Assembly (NCBI GenBank): GCA_964016885.1
Contig: OZ024743.1
Coordinates: 335,730,001-335,794,000 of the forward strand
DNA from: Eledone cirrhosa
Lineage: Eukaryota
Reading direction: 5' to 3'
DNA length: 64,000 nucleotides
Of the stretch, positions 12,801-26,500 are shown one piece after another. Position 1 is the first letter of the stretch, and the number at the start of each line of letters is the position of its first letter. Made by a program: the position numbers and the translations under genes. A model generated the notes under the pieces. The model did not search any database, was not told the DNA's origin, and saw nothing but the letters and a program-made list of their open reading frames with translations.

Positions 12801-15800
12801 TGTTATTGCTGGTGGTGTCAGTGATGCTGGGGATGGTAGCTATGGTGACGTAGCTGGTAGTAACATGATAGCTATTGTTGTTATTGCTGGTGGTGTCAGT
12901 GATGGTGGGGATGGTAGCTATGGTGATGTAGCTGGTAGTAACATGATTGCTATTGTTGTTATTGCTGGTGGTGTCAGTGATGGTGGGCATGGTAGCTATG
13001 GGGATGTAGCTGGTAGTAACATGATTGCTATTGTTGTTATTGCTGGTGGTGTCAGTGATGGTGGGGATGGTAGCTATGGTGATGTAGCTGGTAGTAACAT
13101 GATTGCTATTGTTGTTATAGCTGGTGGTGTCAGTGATGGTGGGGATGGTAGCTATGGTGATGTAGCTGGTAGTAACATGATTGCTATTGTTGTTATTGCT
13201 GGTGGTGTCAGTGATGGTGGGGATGGTAGCTATGGTGATGTAGCTGGTAGTAACATGATTGCTATTGTTGTTATTGCTGGTGGTGTCAGTGATGGTGGGG
13301 ATGGTAGCTATGGTGATGTAGCTGGTAGTAACATGATTTTTATTGTTGTTATTGCTGGTGGTGTCAGTGATGCTGGGGATGGTAACTATGGTGATGTAGC
13401 TGGTAGTAACATGATTGCTATTGTTGTTATCGCTGGTGGTGTCAGTGATGGTGGGGATGGTAGCTATGGTGATGTAGCTGGTTGTAACATGATTGCTATT
13501 GTTGTTGTTGCTGGTGGTGTCAGTGATGGTGGGGAAGGTAGCTATGGTGATGTAGCTGGTAGTAACATGATTGCTATTGTTGTTATTGCTGGTGGTGTCA
13601 GTGATGGTGGGGATGGTAGTTATGGTGATGTAGCTGGTAGCAACAGGATTGCTATTGTTGTTATTGCTGGTGGTGTCAGTGATGGTGGGGATGGTAGCTA
13701 TGGTGATGTAGCTGCTAGCAACATGATTGCTATTGTTGTTATTGCTGGTGGTGTCAGTGATGGTGGGGATGGTAGCTATGGTGATGTAGCTGGTTGTAAC
13801 ATGATTGCTATTGTTGTTGTTGCTGGTGGTGTCAGTGATGGTGGGGAAGGTAGCTATGGTGATGTAGCTGGTAGTAACATGATTGCTATTGTTGTTATTG
13901 CTGGTGGTGTCAGTGATGGTGGGGATGGTAGTTATGGTGATGTAGCTGGTAGCAACAGGATTGCTATTGTTGTTATTGCTGGTGGTATCAGTGATGGTGG
14001 GGATGGTAGCTATGCTGATGTAGCTGGTAGCAACAGGATTGCTATTGTTGTTATTGCTGGTGGTATCAGTGATTGTGGGGATGGTAGCTATGGTGATGTA
14101 GCTGCTAGCAACATGATTGCTATTGTTGTTATTGCTGGTGGTGTCAGTGATGGTGGGGATGGTAGCTATGGTGATTTAGCTGGTAGTAACATGATTGCTA
14201 TTGTTGTTATTGCTGGTGGTGTCAGTGATGGTGGGGATGGTAGCTATGGTGATGTAGCAGGTAGTAACATGATTGTTATTGTTGTTATTGCTGGTGGTGT
14301 CAGTGATGGTGGGGATGGTAGCTATGGTGATGTAGCTGGTAGTAACATGATTGTTATTGTTGTTATTGCTGGTGGTGTCAGTGATGGTGGGGATGGTAGC
14401 TATGGTGATGTAGCTGCTAGGAACAAGATTGCTATTGTTGTTATTGCTGGTGGTGTTAGTGATGGTGGGGATGGTAGCTATGGTGATGAAGCTGGTAGCA
14501 ACATGATTGCTATTGTTGTTATTGCTGGTGGTGTCAGTGATGGTGGGGGTGGTAGCTATGGTGATGTAACTGGTAGTAACATGATTGCTATTGTTGTTGT
14601 TGCTGGTGGTGTCAGTGATGGTGGGGATCGTAGCTATGGTGATGTAACTGGTAGTAATTTGATTGCTATTGTTGTTATTGCTGGTGGTATCAGTGATGGT
14701 GGGGATGGTAGCTATGGTGATGTAACTGGTAGTAACATGATTGCTATTGTTGTTGTTGCTGGTGGTGTCAGTGATGGTGGGGATCGTAGCTATGCTGATG
14801 TAGCTGGTAGTAACTTGATTGCTATTGTTGTTATTGCTGGTGGTATCAGTAATGGTGGGGATGGTAGCTATGGTGATGTAACTGGTAGTAACATGATTGC
14901 TATTGTTGTTGTTGCTGGTGGTGTCAGTGATGGTGGGGATCGTAGCTATGGTGATGTAGCTGCTAGCAACATGATTGCTATTGTTGTTATTGCTGGTGGT
15001 ATCAGTGATGGTGGGGATGGTAGCTATGGTGATGTAGCTGGTAGTAACATGATTGCTATTGTTGTTATTGCTGGTGGTGTCAGTGATGGTGGGGATGGTA
15101 GCTATGGTGATGTAGCTGCTAGCAACATGATTGCTATTGTTGTTATTGCTGGTGGTGTCAGTGATGGTGGGGATGGTAGCTATGGTGATGTAGCTGCTAG
15201 CAACATGATTGCTATTGTTGTTATTGCTGGTGGTGTCAGTGATGGTGGGGATGGTTGCTATGGTGATGTAGCTGGTAGTAACATGATTGGTATTGTTGTT
15301 ATTGCTGGTGGTGTCAGTGATGGTGGGGATGGTTGCTATGGTGATGTAGCTGGTAGTAACATGGTTGCTATTGTTGTTATTGCTGGTGGTGTCATTGATG
15401 GTGGGGATGGTAGCTATGGTGATGTAGCTGCTAGCAACATGATTGCTATTGTTGTTATTGCTGGTGGTGTCAGTGATGGTGGGGATGGTAGCTATGGTGA
15501 TGTAGCTGGTAGTAACATGATTGCTATTGTTGTTATTGCTGGTGGTGTCAGTGATGGTGGGGATGGTAGATATGGTGATGTAGCTGGTTGTAACATGATT
15601 GCTATTGTTGTTATTGCTGGTGGTGTCAGTGATGGTGGGGATGGTAGCTATGGTGATGTAGCTGCTAGCAACATGATTTCTATTGTTGTTGTTTCTGGTG
15701 GTGTCAGTGATGGTGGGGATGGTAGCTATGGTGATGTAGCTGCTAGCAACATGATTGCTATTGTTGTTATTGCTGGTGGTGTCAGTGATGGTGGGGAAGG

Positions 15801-18800
15801 TTGCTATGGTGATGTAGCTGGTAGTAACATGATTGCTATTGTTGTTATTGCTGGTGGTGTCAGTGATGGTGGGGATTGTAGCTATGGTGATGTAGCTGCT
15901 AGCAACATGATTGTGATTGTTGTTATTGCTGGTGGTGACAGTGATGGTGGGGATCGTAGCTATGGTGATGTAGCTGGTAGTAACATGATTGCTATTGTTG
16001 TTATTGCTGGAGGTGTCAGTGATGGTGGGGATGGTAACTATGGTGATGTAGCTGGTAGTAACATGATTGCTATTGTTGTTATCGCTGGTGGCGTCAGTGA
16101 TGGTGGGGATGGTAGCCATGGTGATGTAGCTGCTAGCAACATGATTGCTATTGTTGTTGTTGCTGGTGGTGTCAGTGATGGTGGGGATGGTAGCTATGGT
16201 GATGTAGCTGCTAGCAACATGATTGCTATTGTTGTTATTGCTGGTGGTGTCAGTGATGGTGGGGATGGTAGATATGGTGATGTAGCTGGTAGTAACATGA
16301 TTGTTATTGTTGTTATTGCTGGTGGTTTTAGTGATGGTGTGGATGGTAGCTATGGTGATGTAGCTGGTAGTAACATGATTGCTATTGTTGTTATTGCTGG
16401 TGGTGTCAGTGATGGTGGGGATGGTAGATATGGTGATGTAGCTGGTAGTAACATGATTGCTATTGTTGTTATTGCTGGTGGTGTTAGTGATGGTGGGGAT
16501 GGTAGCTATGGTGATGAAGCTGGTAGCAACATGATTGCTATTGTTGTTATTGCTGGTGGTGTCAGTGATGGTGGGGATGGTAGCTATGGTGATGTAGCTG
16601 GTAGTAACTTGATTGCTATTGTTGTTATTGCTGGTGGTATCAGTGATGGTGGGGATGGTAGCTATGGTGGTGTAGCTGGTAGTAACATGATTGCTATTGT
16701 TGTTATTGCTGGTGGTGTCAGTGATGGTGGGGATGGTAGCTATGGTGATGTAGCTGGTAGTAACTTGATTGCTATTGTTGTTATTGCTGGTGGTATCAGT
16801 GATGGTGGGGATGGTAGCTATGGTGATGTAGCTGGTAGTAACATGATTGCTATTGTTGTTATTGCTGGTGGTATCAGTGATGGTGGGGATGGTAGCTATG
16901 GTGATGTAGCTGGTAGTAACTTGATTGCTATTGTTGTTATTGCTGGTGGTATCAGTGATGGTGGGGATGGTAGCTACGGTGATGTAGCTGCTTGTAACAT
17001 GATTGCTATTGTTGTTGTTGCTGGTGGTGTCAGTGATGGTGGGGATGGCAGCTATGGTGATGTAGCTGGTAGTAACTTGATTGCTATTGTTGTTATTGCT
17101 GGTGGTGTCAGTGATGGTGGGGATGGTAGCTATGGTGATGTAGCTGGTAGTAACATGATTGCTATTGTTGTTATTGCTGGTGGTGTCAGTGATGGTGGGG
17201 ATGGTAGCTATGGTGATGTAGCTGGTAGTAACATGATTGCTATTGTTGTTATTGCTGGTGGTGTCAGTGATGGTGGGGATGGTAGCTATGGTGATGTAGC
17301 TGGTAGTAACATGATTGCTATTGTTGTTATTGCTGGTGGTGTCAGTGATGGTGGGGATGGTAGCTATGGTGATGTAGCTGGTAGTAACATGATTGCTATT
17401 GTTGTTATTGCTGGTGGTGTCAGTGATGGTGGGGATGGTAACTATGGTGATGTAGCTGGTAGTAACATGATTGCTATTGTTGTTATTGCTGGTGGTGTCA
17501 GTTATGCTGGGGATGGTAGCTATGGTGATGTAGCTGGTAGTAACATGATTGCTATTGTTGTTATCGCTGGTGGTGTCAGTGATGGTGGGGATGGTAGCTA
17601 TGGTGATGTAGCTGCTAGCAACATGATTGCTATTGTTGTTATTGCTGGTGGTGTCAGTGATGGTGGGGATGGTAGCTATGGTGATGTAGCTGGTAGTAAC
17701 ATGATTGCTATTGTTGTTATCGCTGGTGGTGTGAGTGATGGTGGGGATCGTAGCTATGGTGATGTAGCTGGTAGTAACATGATTGCTATTGTTGTTATTG
17801 CTGGTGGTTTGAGTGATGGTGGGGATGGTAGCTATGGTGATGTAGCTGGTTGTAACATGATTGCTATTGTTGTTGTTGCTGGTGGTGTCAGTGATGGTGG
17901 GGATGGTAGCTGTGGTGGTGTAGCTGGTAGTAACATCATTGCTATTGTTGTTATTGTTGGTGGTGTCAGTGATGGTGGGGATGGTAGCTATGGTGATGTA
18001 GCTGGGAGTAACATGATTGCTATTGTTGTTATTGCTGGTGGTGTCAGTGATGGTGGGGATGGTAGCTATGGTGATGTGGCTTGTAGTAACATGATTGCTA
18101 TTGTTGTTATTGCTGGTGTCTGTGATGGTGGGGATGGTAGCTATGGTGATGTAGCTGGTAGTAACATGATTGCTATTGTTGTTATAGCTGGTGGTGTCAG
18201 TGATGGTCGGGATGGTAGCTATGGTGATGTAGGTGCTAGCAACATGATTGCTATTGTTGTTATTGCTGGTGGTGTCAGTGATGGTGGGGATGGTAGCTAT
18301 GGTGATGTAGCGGCAAGCAACATGATTGCTATTGTTGTTATTGCTGGTGGTGTCAGTGATGGTGGGGATGGTAGCTATGGTGATGTAGCTGGTAGTAACA
18401 TGATTGCTATTGTTGTTATTGCTGGTGGTGTCAGTGATGGTGGGGATGGTAGCTATGGTGATGTAGCTGGTAGTAACTTGATTGCTATTGTTGTTATTGC
18501 TGGTGTTGTCAGTGATTGTGGGGATGGTAGCTATGGTGATGTAGCTGGTAGTAACTTGATTGCTATTGTTGTTATTGCTGGTGGTATCAGTGATGGTGGG
18601 GATGGTAGCTATGGTGGTGTAGCTGGTAGTAACATGATTGCTATTGTTGTTATTGCTGGTGGTGTCAGTGATGGTGGGGATGGTAGCTATGGTGATGTAG
18701 CTGGTAGTAACTTGATTGCTATTGTTGTTATTGCTGGTGGTATCAGTGATGGTGGGGATGGTAGCTATGGTGATGTAGCTGGTAGTAACATGATTGCTAT

Positions 18801-19008
18801 TGTTGTTATTGCTGGTGGTATCAGTGATGGTGGGGTTGGTAGCTATGGTGATGTAGCTGGTAGTAACTTGATTGCTATTGTTGTTATTGCTGGTGGTATC
18901 AGTGATGGTGGGGATGGTAGCTACGGTGATGTAGCTGGTAGTAACATGATTGCTATTGTTGTTATTGCTGGTGGTGTCAGTGATGGTGGGGTTGGTAGCC
19001 CATGGTGA
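3895..19008 (+). other. Repeat-derived 5037-codon ORF (MIAIVVIAGGVSDGGDGSYGDVAGSN)n; probably not a gene
   Basis: From the ORF track. It is made entirely of the satellite monomer with no non-repetitive domain, and is bounded by a TAT>TAA variant (3871) and a +1 C insertion (~19000). Confidence 0.1.
12007..12396. repeat. Run of five identical variant monomers (GTTGTTGTT + GCTAGC type)
   Basis: Units starting at 12007, 12085, 12163, 12241 and 12319 all read MIAIVVVAGGVSDGGDGSYGDVAASN. Confidence 0.9.
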
Positions 19009-20590
19009 TGTAGCTGCTTGTAACATGATTGCTATTGTTGTTGTTGCTGGTGGTGTCAGTGATGGTGGGGATGGCAGCTATGGTGATGTAGCTGGTAGTA
19101 ACTTGATTGCTATTGTTGTTATTGCTGGTGGTGTCAGTGATGGTGGGGATGGTAGCTATGGTGATGTAGCTGGTAGTAACATGATTGCTATTGTTGTTAT
19201 TGCTGGTGGTGTCAGTGATGGTGGGGATGGTAGCTATGGTGATGTAGCTGGTAGTAACATGATTGCTATTGTTGTTATTGCTGGTGGTGTCAGTGATGGT
19301 GGGGATGGTAGCTATGGTGATGTAGCTGGTAGTAACATGATTGCTATTGTTGTTATTGCTGGTGGTGTCAGTGATGGTGGGGATGGTAGCTATGGTGATG
19401 TAGCTGGTAGTAACATGATTGCTATTGTTGTTATTGCTGGTGGTGTCAGTGATGGTGGGGATGGTAACTATGGTGATGTAGCTGGTAGTAACATGATTGC
19501 TATTGTTGTTATTGCTGGTGGTGTCAGTTATGCTGGGGATGGTAGCTATGGTGATGTAGCTGGTAGTAACATGATTGCTATTGTTGTTATCGCTGGTGGT
19601 GTCAGTGATGGTGGGGATGGTAGCTATGGTGATGTAGCTGCTAGCAACATGATTGCTATTGTTGTTATTGCTGGTGGTGTCAGTGATGGTGGGGATGGTA
19701 GCTATGGTGATGTAGCTGGTAGTAACATGATTGCTATTGTTGTTATCGCTGGTGGTGTGAGTGATGGTGGGGATCGTAGCTATGGTGATGTAGCTGGTAG
19801 TAACATGATTGCTATTGTTGTTATTGCTGGTGGTTTGAGTGATGGTGGGGATGGTAGCTATGGTGATGTAGCTGGTTGTAACATGATTGCTATTGTTGTT
19901 GTTGCTGGTGGTGTCAGTGATGGTGGGGATGGTAGCTGTGGTGGTGTAGCTGGTAGTAACATCATTGCTATTGTTGTTATTGCTGGTGGTGTCAGTGATG
20001 GTGGGGATGGTAGCTATGGTGATGTAGCTGGGAGTAACATGATTGCTATTGTTGTTATTGCTGGTGGTGTCAGTGATGGTGGGGATGGTAGCTATGGTGA
20101 TGTGGCTTGTAGTAACATGATTGTTATTGTTGTTATTGCTGGTGTCTGTGATGGTGGGGATGGTAGCTATGGTGATGTAGCTGGTAGTAACATGATTGCT
20201 ATTGTTGTTATAGCTGGTGGTGTCAGTGATGGTCGGGATGGTAGCTATGGTGATGTAGGTGCTAGCAACATGATTGCTATTGTTGTTATTGCTGGTGGTG
20301 TCAGTGATGGTGGGGATGGTAGCTATGGTGATGTAGCGGCAAGCAACATGATTGCTATTGTTGTTATTGCTGGTGGTGTCAGTGATGGTGGGGATGGTAG
20401 CTATGGTGATGTAGCTGGTAGTAACATGATTGCTATTGTTGTTATTGCTGGTGGTGTCAGTGATGGTGGGGATGGTAGCTATGGTGATGTAGCTGGTAGT
20501 AACTTGATTGCTATTGTTGTTATTGCTGGTGTTGTCAGTGATTGTGGGGATGGTAGCTATGGTGATGTAGCTGGTAGTAACTTGATTGCT
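16600..20590. repeat. Tandem duplication of a ~25-26 monomer block (offsets 1947 and 2026 bp)
   Basis: TATGGTGGTGTA variant at ~16666/18613 (1947 = 25x78-3). GTTATGCT 17501/19527 and GCGGCAAGC 18310/20336 (2026 = 26x78-3+1). One extra monomer carrying the +1 C sits at ~18945-19025. Confidence 0.85.
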
Positions 20591-23500
20591 ATTGTTGTTA
20601 TTGCTGGTGGTGTCAGTAATGGTGGGGATGGTAGCTATGGTGATGTAGCTGGTAGTAACTTGATTGCTATTGTTGTTATTGCTGGTGTTGTCAGTGATTG
20701 TGGGGATGGTAGCTATGGTGATGTAGCTGGTAGTAACTTGATTGCTATTGTTGTTATTGCTGGTGGTGTCAGTGATGGTGGGGATGGTAGCTATGGTGAT
20801 GTAGCTGGTAGTAACATGATTGCTATTGTTGTTATTGCTGGTGGTGTCAGTGATGGAGGGGATTGTAGCTATGGTGATGTAGCTGGTAGTAACTTGATTG
20901 CTATTGTTGTTATTGCTGGTGGTGTCAGTGATGGTGGGGATGGTAGCTATGGTGATGTAGCTGGTAGTAACTTGATTGCTATTGTTGTTATTGCTGGTGG
21001 TGTCAGTGATGGTGGGGATGGTAGCTATGGTGATGTAGCTTGTAGTAACATGATTGCTATTGTTGTTATTGCTGGTGGTGTCAGTGATTGTGGGGATGGT
21101 AGCTATGGTGATGTTGCTGGTAGTAACATGATTGCTATTGTTGTTATTGCTGGTGGTGTCAGTGATGGTGGGGATGGTAGCTATGGTGATGTAGCTGGTA
21201 GTAACATGATTGCTATTGTTGTTATTGCTGGTGGTGTCAGTGATTGTGGGGATGGTAGCTATGGTGATGTAGCTGGTAGTAACATGATTGCTATTGTTGT
21301 TATCGCTGGTGGTGTCAGTGATGGTGGGGATGGTAGCCATGGTGATGTAGCTGCTAGCAACATGATTGCTATTGTTGTTGTTGCTGGTGGTGTCAGTGAT
21401 GGTGGGGATGGTAGCTATGGTGGTGTAGCTGGTAGTAACATCATTGCTATTGTTGTTATTGCTGGTGGTGTCAGTGATGGTGGGGATTGTAGCTATGGTG
21501 ATGTAGCTGGTAGTAACATGATTGCTATTGTTGTTATTGCTGGTGGTGTCAGTGATGGTGGGGATGGTAGCTATGGTGATGTAGCTTGTAGTAACATGAT
21601 TGCTATTGTTGTTATTGCTGGTGGTGTCAGTGATGGTGGGGATGGTAGCTATGGTGATGTAGCTGGTAGTAACATGATTGCTATTGTTGTTATTGCTGGT
21701 GTTGTCAGTGATGATCGGGATGGTAGCTATGGTGATGTAGCTGCTAGCAACATGATTGCTATTGTTGTTATTGCTGGTGGTGTCAGTGATGGTGGGGATG
21801 GTAGCTATGGTGATGTAGCTGGTAGTAACATGATTGCTATTGTTGTTAGTGCTGGTGGTGTCAGTGATTGTGGGGATGGTAGCTATGGTGATGTAGCTGG
21901 TAGTAACATGATTGCTATTGTTGTTATCGCTGGTGGTGTCAGTGATGGTGGGGATGGTAGCCATGGTGATGTAGCTGCTAGCAACATGATTGCTATTGTT
22001 GTTGTTGCTGGTGGTGTCAGTGATGGTGGGGATGGTAGCTATGGTGGTGTAGCTGGTAGTAACATCATTGCTATTGTTGTTATTGCTGGTGGTGTCAGTG
22101 ATGGTGGGGATTGTAGCTATGGTGATGTAGCTGGTAGTAACATGATTGCTATTGTTGTTATTGCTGGTGGTGTCAGTGATGGTGGGGATGGTAGCTATGG
22201 TGATGTAGCTTGTAGTAACATGATTGCTATTGTTGTTATTGCTGGTGTCTGTGATGGTGGGGATGGTAGCTATGGTGATGTAGCTGGTAGTAACATGATT
22301 GCTATTGTTGTTATTGCTGGTGTTGTCAGTGATGATCGGGATGGTAGCTATGGTGATGTAGCTGCTAGCAACATGATTGCTATTGTTGTTATTGCTGGTG
22401 GTGTCAGTGATGGTGGGGATGGTAGCTATGGTGATGTAGCTGCTAGCAACATGATTGCTATTGTTGTTATTGCTGGTGGTGTCAGTAATGGTGGGGATGG
22501 TAGCTATGGTGATGTAGCAGGTAGTAACTTGATTGCTATTGTTGTTATTGCTGGTGTTGTCAGTGATTGTGGGGATGGTAGCTATGGTGATGTAGCTGGT
22601 AGTAACATGATTGCTAGTGTTGTTATTGCTGGTGGTGTCAGTAATGGTGGGGATGGTAGCTATGGTGATGTAGCTGGTAGTAACATGATTGCTATTGTTG
22701 TTATTGCTGGTGGTGTCAGTGATGGTGGGGATGGTAGCTATGGTGATGTAGCTGGTAGTAACATGATTGCTATTGTTGTTATTGCTGGTGTTGTCAGTGA
22801 TTGTGGGGATGGTAGCTATGGTGATGTAGCTGGTAGTAACATGATTGCTATTGTTGTTATTGCTGGTGGTGTCAGTGATGGTGGGGATGGTAGCTATGGT
22901 GATGTAGCTGGTAGTAACATGATTGCTATTGTTGTTATTGCTGGTGTTGTCAGTGATTGTGGGGATGGTAGCTATGGTGATGTAGCTGGTAGTAACATGA
23001 TTGCTATTGTTGTTATTGCTGGTGGTGTCAGTGATGGTGGGGATGGTAGGTATGGTGATGTAGCTGGTAGTAACATGATTGCTATTGTTGTTATTGCTGG
23101 TGGTGTCAGTGATTGTGGGGATGGTAGCTATGGTGATGTAGCTGGTAGCAACATGATTGCTATTGTTCTTATTGCTGGTGGTGTCAGTGATGGTGGGGAT
23201 GGTAGCTATGGTGATGTAGCTGGTAACATGATTGCTATTGTTGTTATTGCTGGTGGTGTCAGTGATTGTGGGGATGGTAGCTATGGTGATGTAGCTGCTA
23301 GCAACATGATTGCTATTGTTGTTATTGCTGGTGGTGTCAGTGATGGTGGGGATGGTAGCTATGGTGATGTAGCTGGTTGTAACATGATTGCTATTGTTGT
23401 TATTGCTGGTGGTGTCAGTGATGGTGGGGATGGTAGCTATGGTGATGTAGCTGGTAGTAACATGATTGCTATTGTTGTTATTGCTGGTGGTGTCAGTGAT

Positions 23501-26500
23501 GGTGGGGATGGTTGCTATGGTGATGTAGCTGGTAGTAACATGATTGCTATTGTTGTTATTGCTGGTGGTGTCAGTGATGGTGGGGATGGTAGCTATGGTG
23601 ATGTAGCTTGTAGTAACATGATTGCTATTGTTGTTATTGCTGGTGTCTGTGATGTTGGGGATGGTAGCTACGGTGATGTAGCTGGTAGTAACATGATTGC
23701 TATTGTTGTTATAGCTGGTGGTGTCAGTGATGGTCGAGATGGTAGCTATGGTGATGTAGCTGGTAGGAACATGATTGCTATTGTTGTTATTGCTGGTGGT
23801 GTCAGTGATGGTGGGGATGGTAGCTATGGTGATGTAGCTGGTTGTAACATGATTGCTATTGTTGTTATTGCTGGTGGTGTCAGTAATGGTGGGGATGGTA
23901 GCTATGGTGATGTAGCTGGTAGTAACTTGATTGCTATTGTTGTTATTGCTGGTGGTGTCAGTGATTGTGGGGATGGTAGCTATGGTGATGTAGCTGGTAG
24001 TAACTTGATTGCTATTGTTGTTATTGCTGGTGGTGTCAGTGCTGGTGGGGATGGTAGCTATGGTGATGTAGCTGGTAGTAACATGATTGCTATTGTTGTT
24101 ATTGCTGGTGGTGTCAGTGATGGAGGGGATTGTAGCTATGGTGATGTAGCTGGTAGTAACTTGATTGCTATTGTTGTTATTGCTGGTGGTGTCAGTGATG
24201 GTGGGGATGGTAGCTATGGTGATGTAGCTGGTAGTAACTTGATTGCTATTGTTGTTATTGCTGGTGGTGTCAGTGATGGTGGGGATGGTAGCTATGGTGA
24301 TGTAGCTTGTAGTAACATGATTGCTATTGTTGTTATTGCTGGTGGTGTCAGTCATTGTGGGGATGGTAGCTATGGTGATGTTGCTGGTAGTAACATGATT
24401 GCTATTGTTGTTATTGCTGGTGGTGTCAGTGATGGTGGGGATGGTAGCTATGGTGATGTAGCTGGTAGTAACATGATCGCTATTGTTGTTATTGCTGGTG
24501 GTGTCAGTGATTGTGGGGATGGTAGCTATGGTGATGTAGCTGGTAGTAACATGATTGCTATTGTTGTTATCGCTGGTGGTGTCAGTGATGGTGGGGATGG
24601 TAGCCATGGTGATGTAGCTGCTAGCAACATGATTGCTATTGTTGTTGTTGCTGGTGGTGTCAGTGATGGTGGGGATGGTAGCTATGGTGGTGTAGCTGGT
24701 AGTAACATCATTGCTATTGTTGTTATTGCTGGTGGTGTCAGTGATGGTGGGGATTGTAGCTATGGTGATGTAGCTGGTAGTAACATGATTGCTATTGTTG
24801 TTATTGCTGGTGGTGTCAGTGATGGTGGGGATGGTAGCTATGGTGATGTAGCTGGGAGTAACATGATTGCTATTGTTGTTATTGCTGGTGGTGTCAGTGA
24901 TGGTGGGGATGGTAGCTATGGTCATGTAGCTTGTAGTAACATGATTGCTATTGTTGTTATTGCTGGTGTCTGTGATGGTGGGGATGGTAGCTATGGTGAT
25001 GTAGCTGGTAGTAACATGATTGCTATTGTTGTTATTGCTGGTGCTGTCAGTGATGATCGGGATGGTAGCTATGGTGATGTAGCTGCTAGCAACATGATTG
25101 CTATTGTTGTTATTGCTGGTGGTGTCAGTGATGGTGGGGATGGTAGCTATGGTGATGTAGCTGCTAGCAACATGATTGCTATTGTTGTTATTGCTGGTGG
25201 TGTCAGTAATGGTGGGGATGGTAGCTATGGTGATGTAGCTGGTAGTAACTTGATTGCTATTGTTGTTATTGCTGGTGTTGTCAGTGATTGTGGGGATGGT
25301 AGCTATGGTGATGTAGCTGGTAGTAACTTGATTGCTATTGTTGTTATTGCTGGTGGTGTCAGTGCTGGTGGGGATGGTAGCTATGGTGATGTAGCTGGTA
25401 GTAACATGATTGCTATTGTTGTTATTGCTGGTGGTGTCAGTGATGGAGGGGATTGTAGCTATGGTGATGTAGCTGGTAGTAACTTGATTGCTATTGTTGT
25501 TATTGCTGGTGGTGTCAGTGATGGTGGGGATGGTAGCTATGGTGATGTAGCTGGTAGTAACTTGATTGCTATTGTTGTTATTGCTGGTGGTGTCAGTGAT
25601 GGTGGGGATGGTAGCTATGGTGATGTAGCTTGTAGTAACATGATTGCTATTGTTGTTATTGCTGGTGTCTGTGATGGTGGGGATGGTAGCTACGGTGATG
25701 TAGCTGGTAGTAACATGATTGCTATTGTTGTTATAGCTGGTGGTGTCAGTGATGGTCGAGATGGTAGCTATGGTGATGTAGCTGGTAGGAACATGATTGC
25801 TATTGTTGTTATTGCTGGTGGTGTCAGTCATTGTGGGGATGGTAGCTATGGTGATGTTGCTGGTAGTAACATGATTGCTATTGTTGTTATTGCTGGTGGT
25901 GTCAGTGATGGTGGGGATGGTAGCTATGGTGATGTAGCTGGTATTAACATGATTGCTATTGTTGTTATTGCTGGTGGTGTCAGTGATTGTGGGGATGGTA
26001 GCTATGGTGATTAAGCTGGTAGTAACATGATTGCTATTGTTGTTATCGCTGGTGGTGTCAGTGATGGTGGGGATGGTAGCCATGGTGATGTAGCTGCTAG
26101 CAACATGATTGCTATTGTTGTTGTTGCTGGTGTCTGTGATGGTGGGGATGGTAGCTATGGTGATGTAGCTGGTAGTAACATGATTGCTATTGTTGTTATT
26201 GCTGGTGTTGTCAGTGATGATCGGGATGGTAGCTATGGTGATGTAGCTGCTAGCAACATGATTGCTATTGTTGTTATTGCTGGTGGTGTCAGTGATGGTG
26301 GGGATGGTAGCTATGGTGATGTAGCTGCTAGCAACATGATTGCTATTGTTGTTATTGCTGGTGGTGTCAGTAATGGTGGGGATGGTAGCTATGGTGATGT
26401 AGCTGGTAGTAACTTGATTGCTATTGTTGTTATTGCTGGTGTTGTCAGTGATTGTGGGGATGGTAGCTATGGTGATGTAGCTGGTAGTAACTTGATTGCT

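Larger units (their letters stand above)
1..14175 (-). other. Repeat-derived open frame, Thr/Asn/Ile/Ser-rich (VTTSYITIATIPTITDTTSNNNNSNH)n, running off the left edge; coding status unsupported
   Basis: I saw no indel and no in-frame TTA/CTA/TCA on the + strand between 1 and 14175. The first minus-strand stop is the GTA>TTA variant at 14176. It is probably absent from the ORF track because it has no stop inside the window. Confidence 0.2.
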
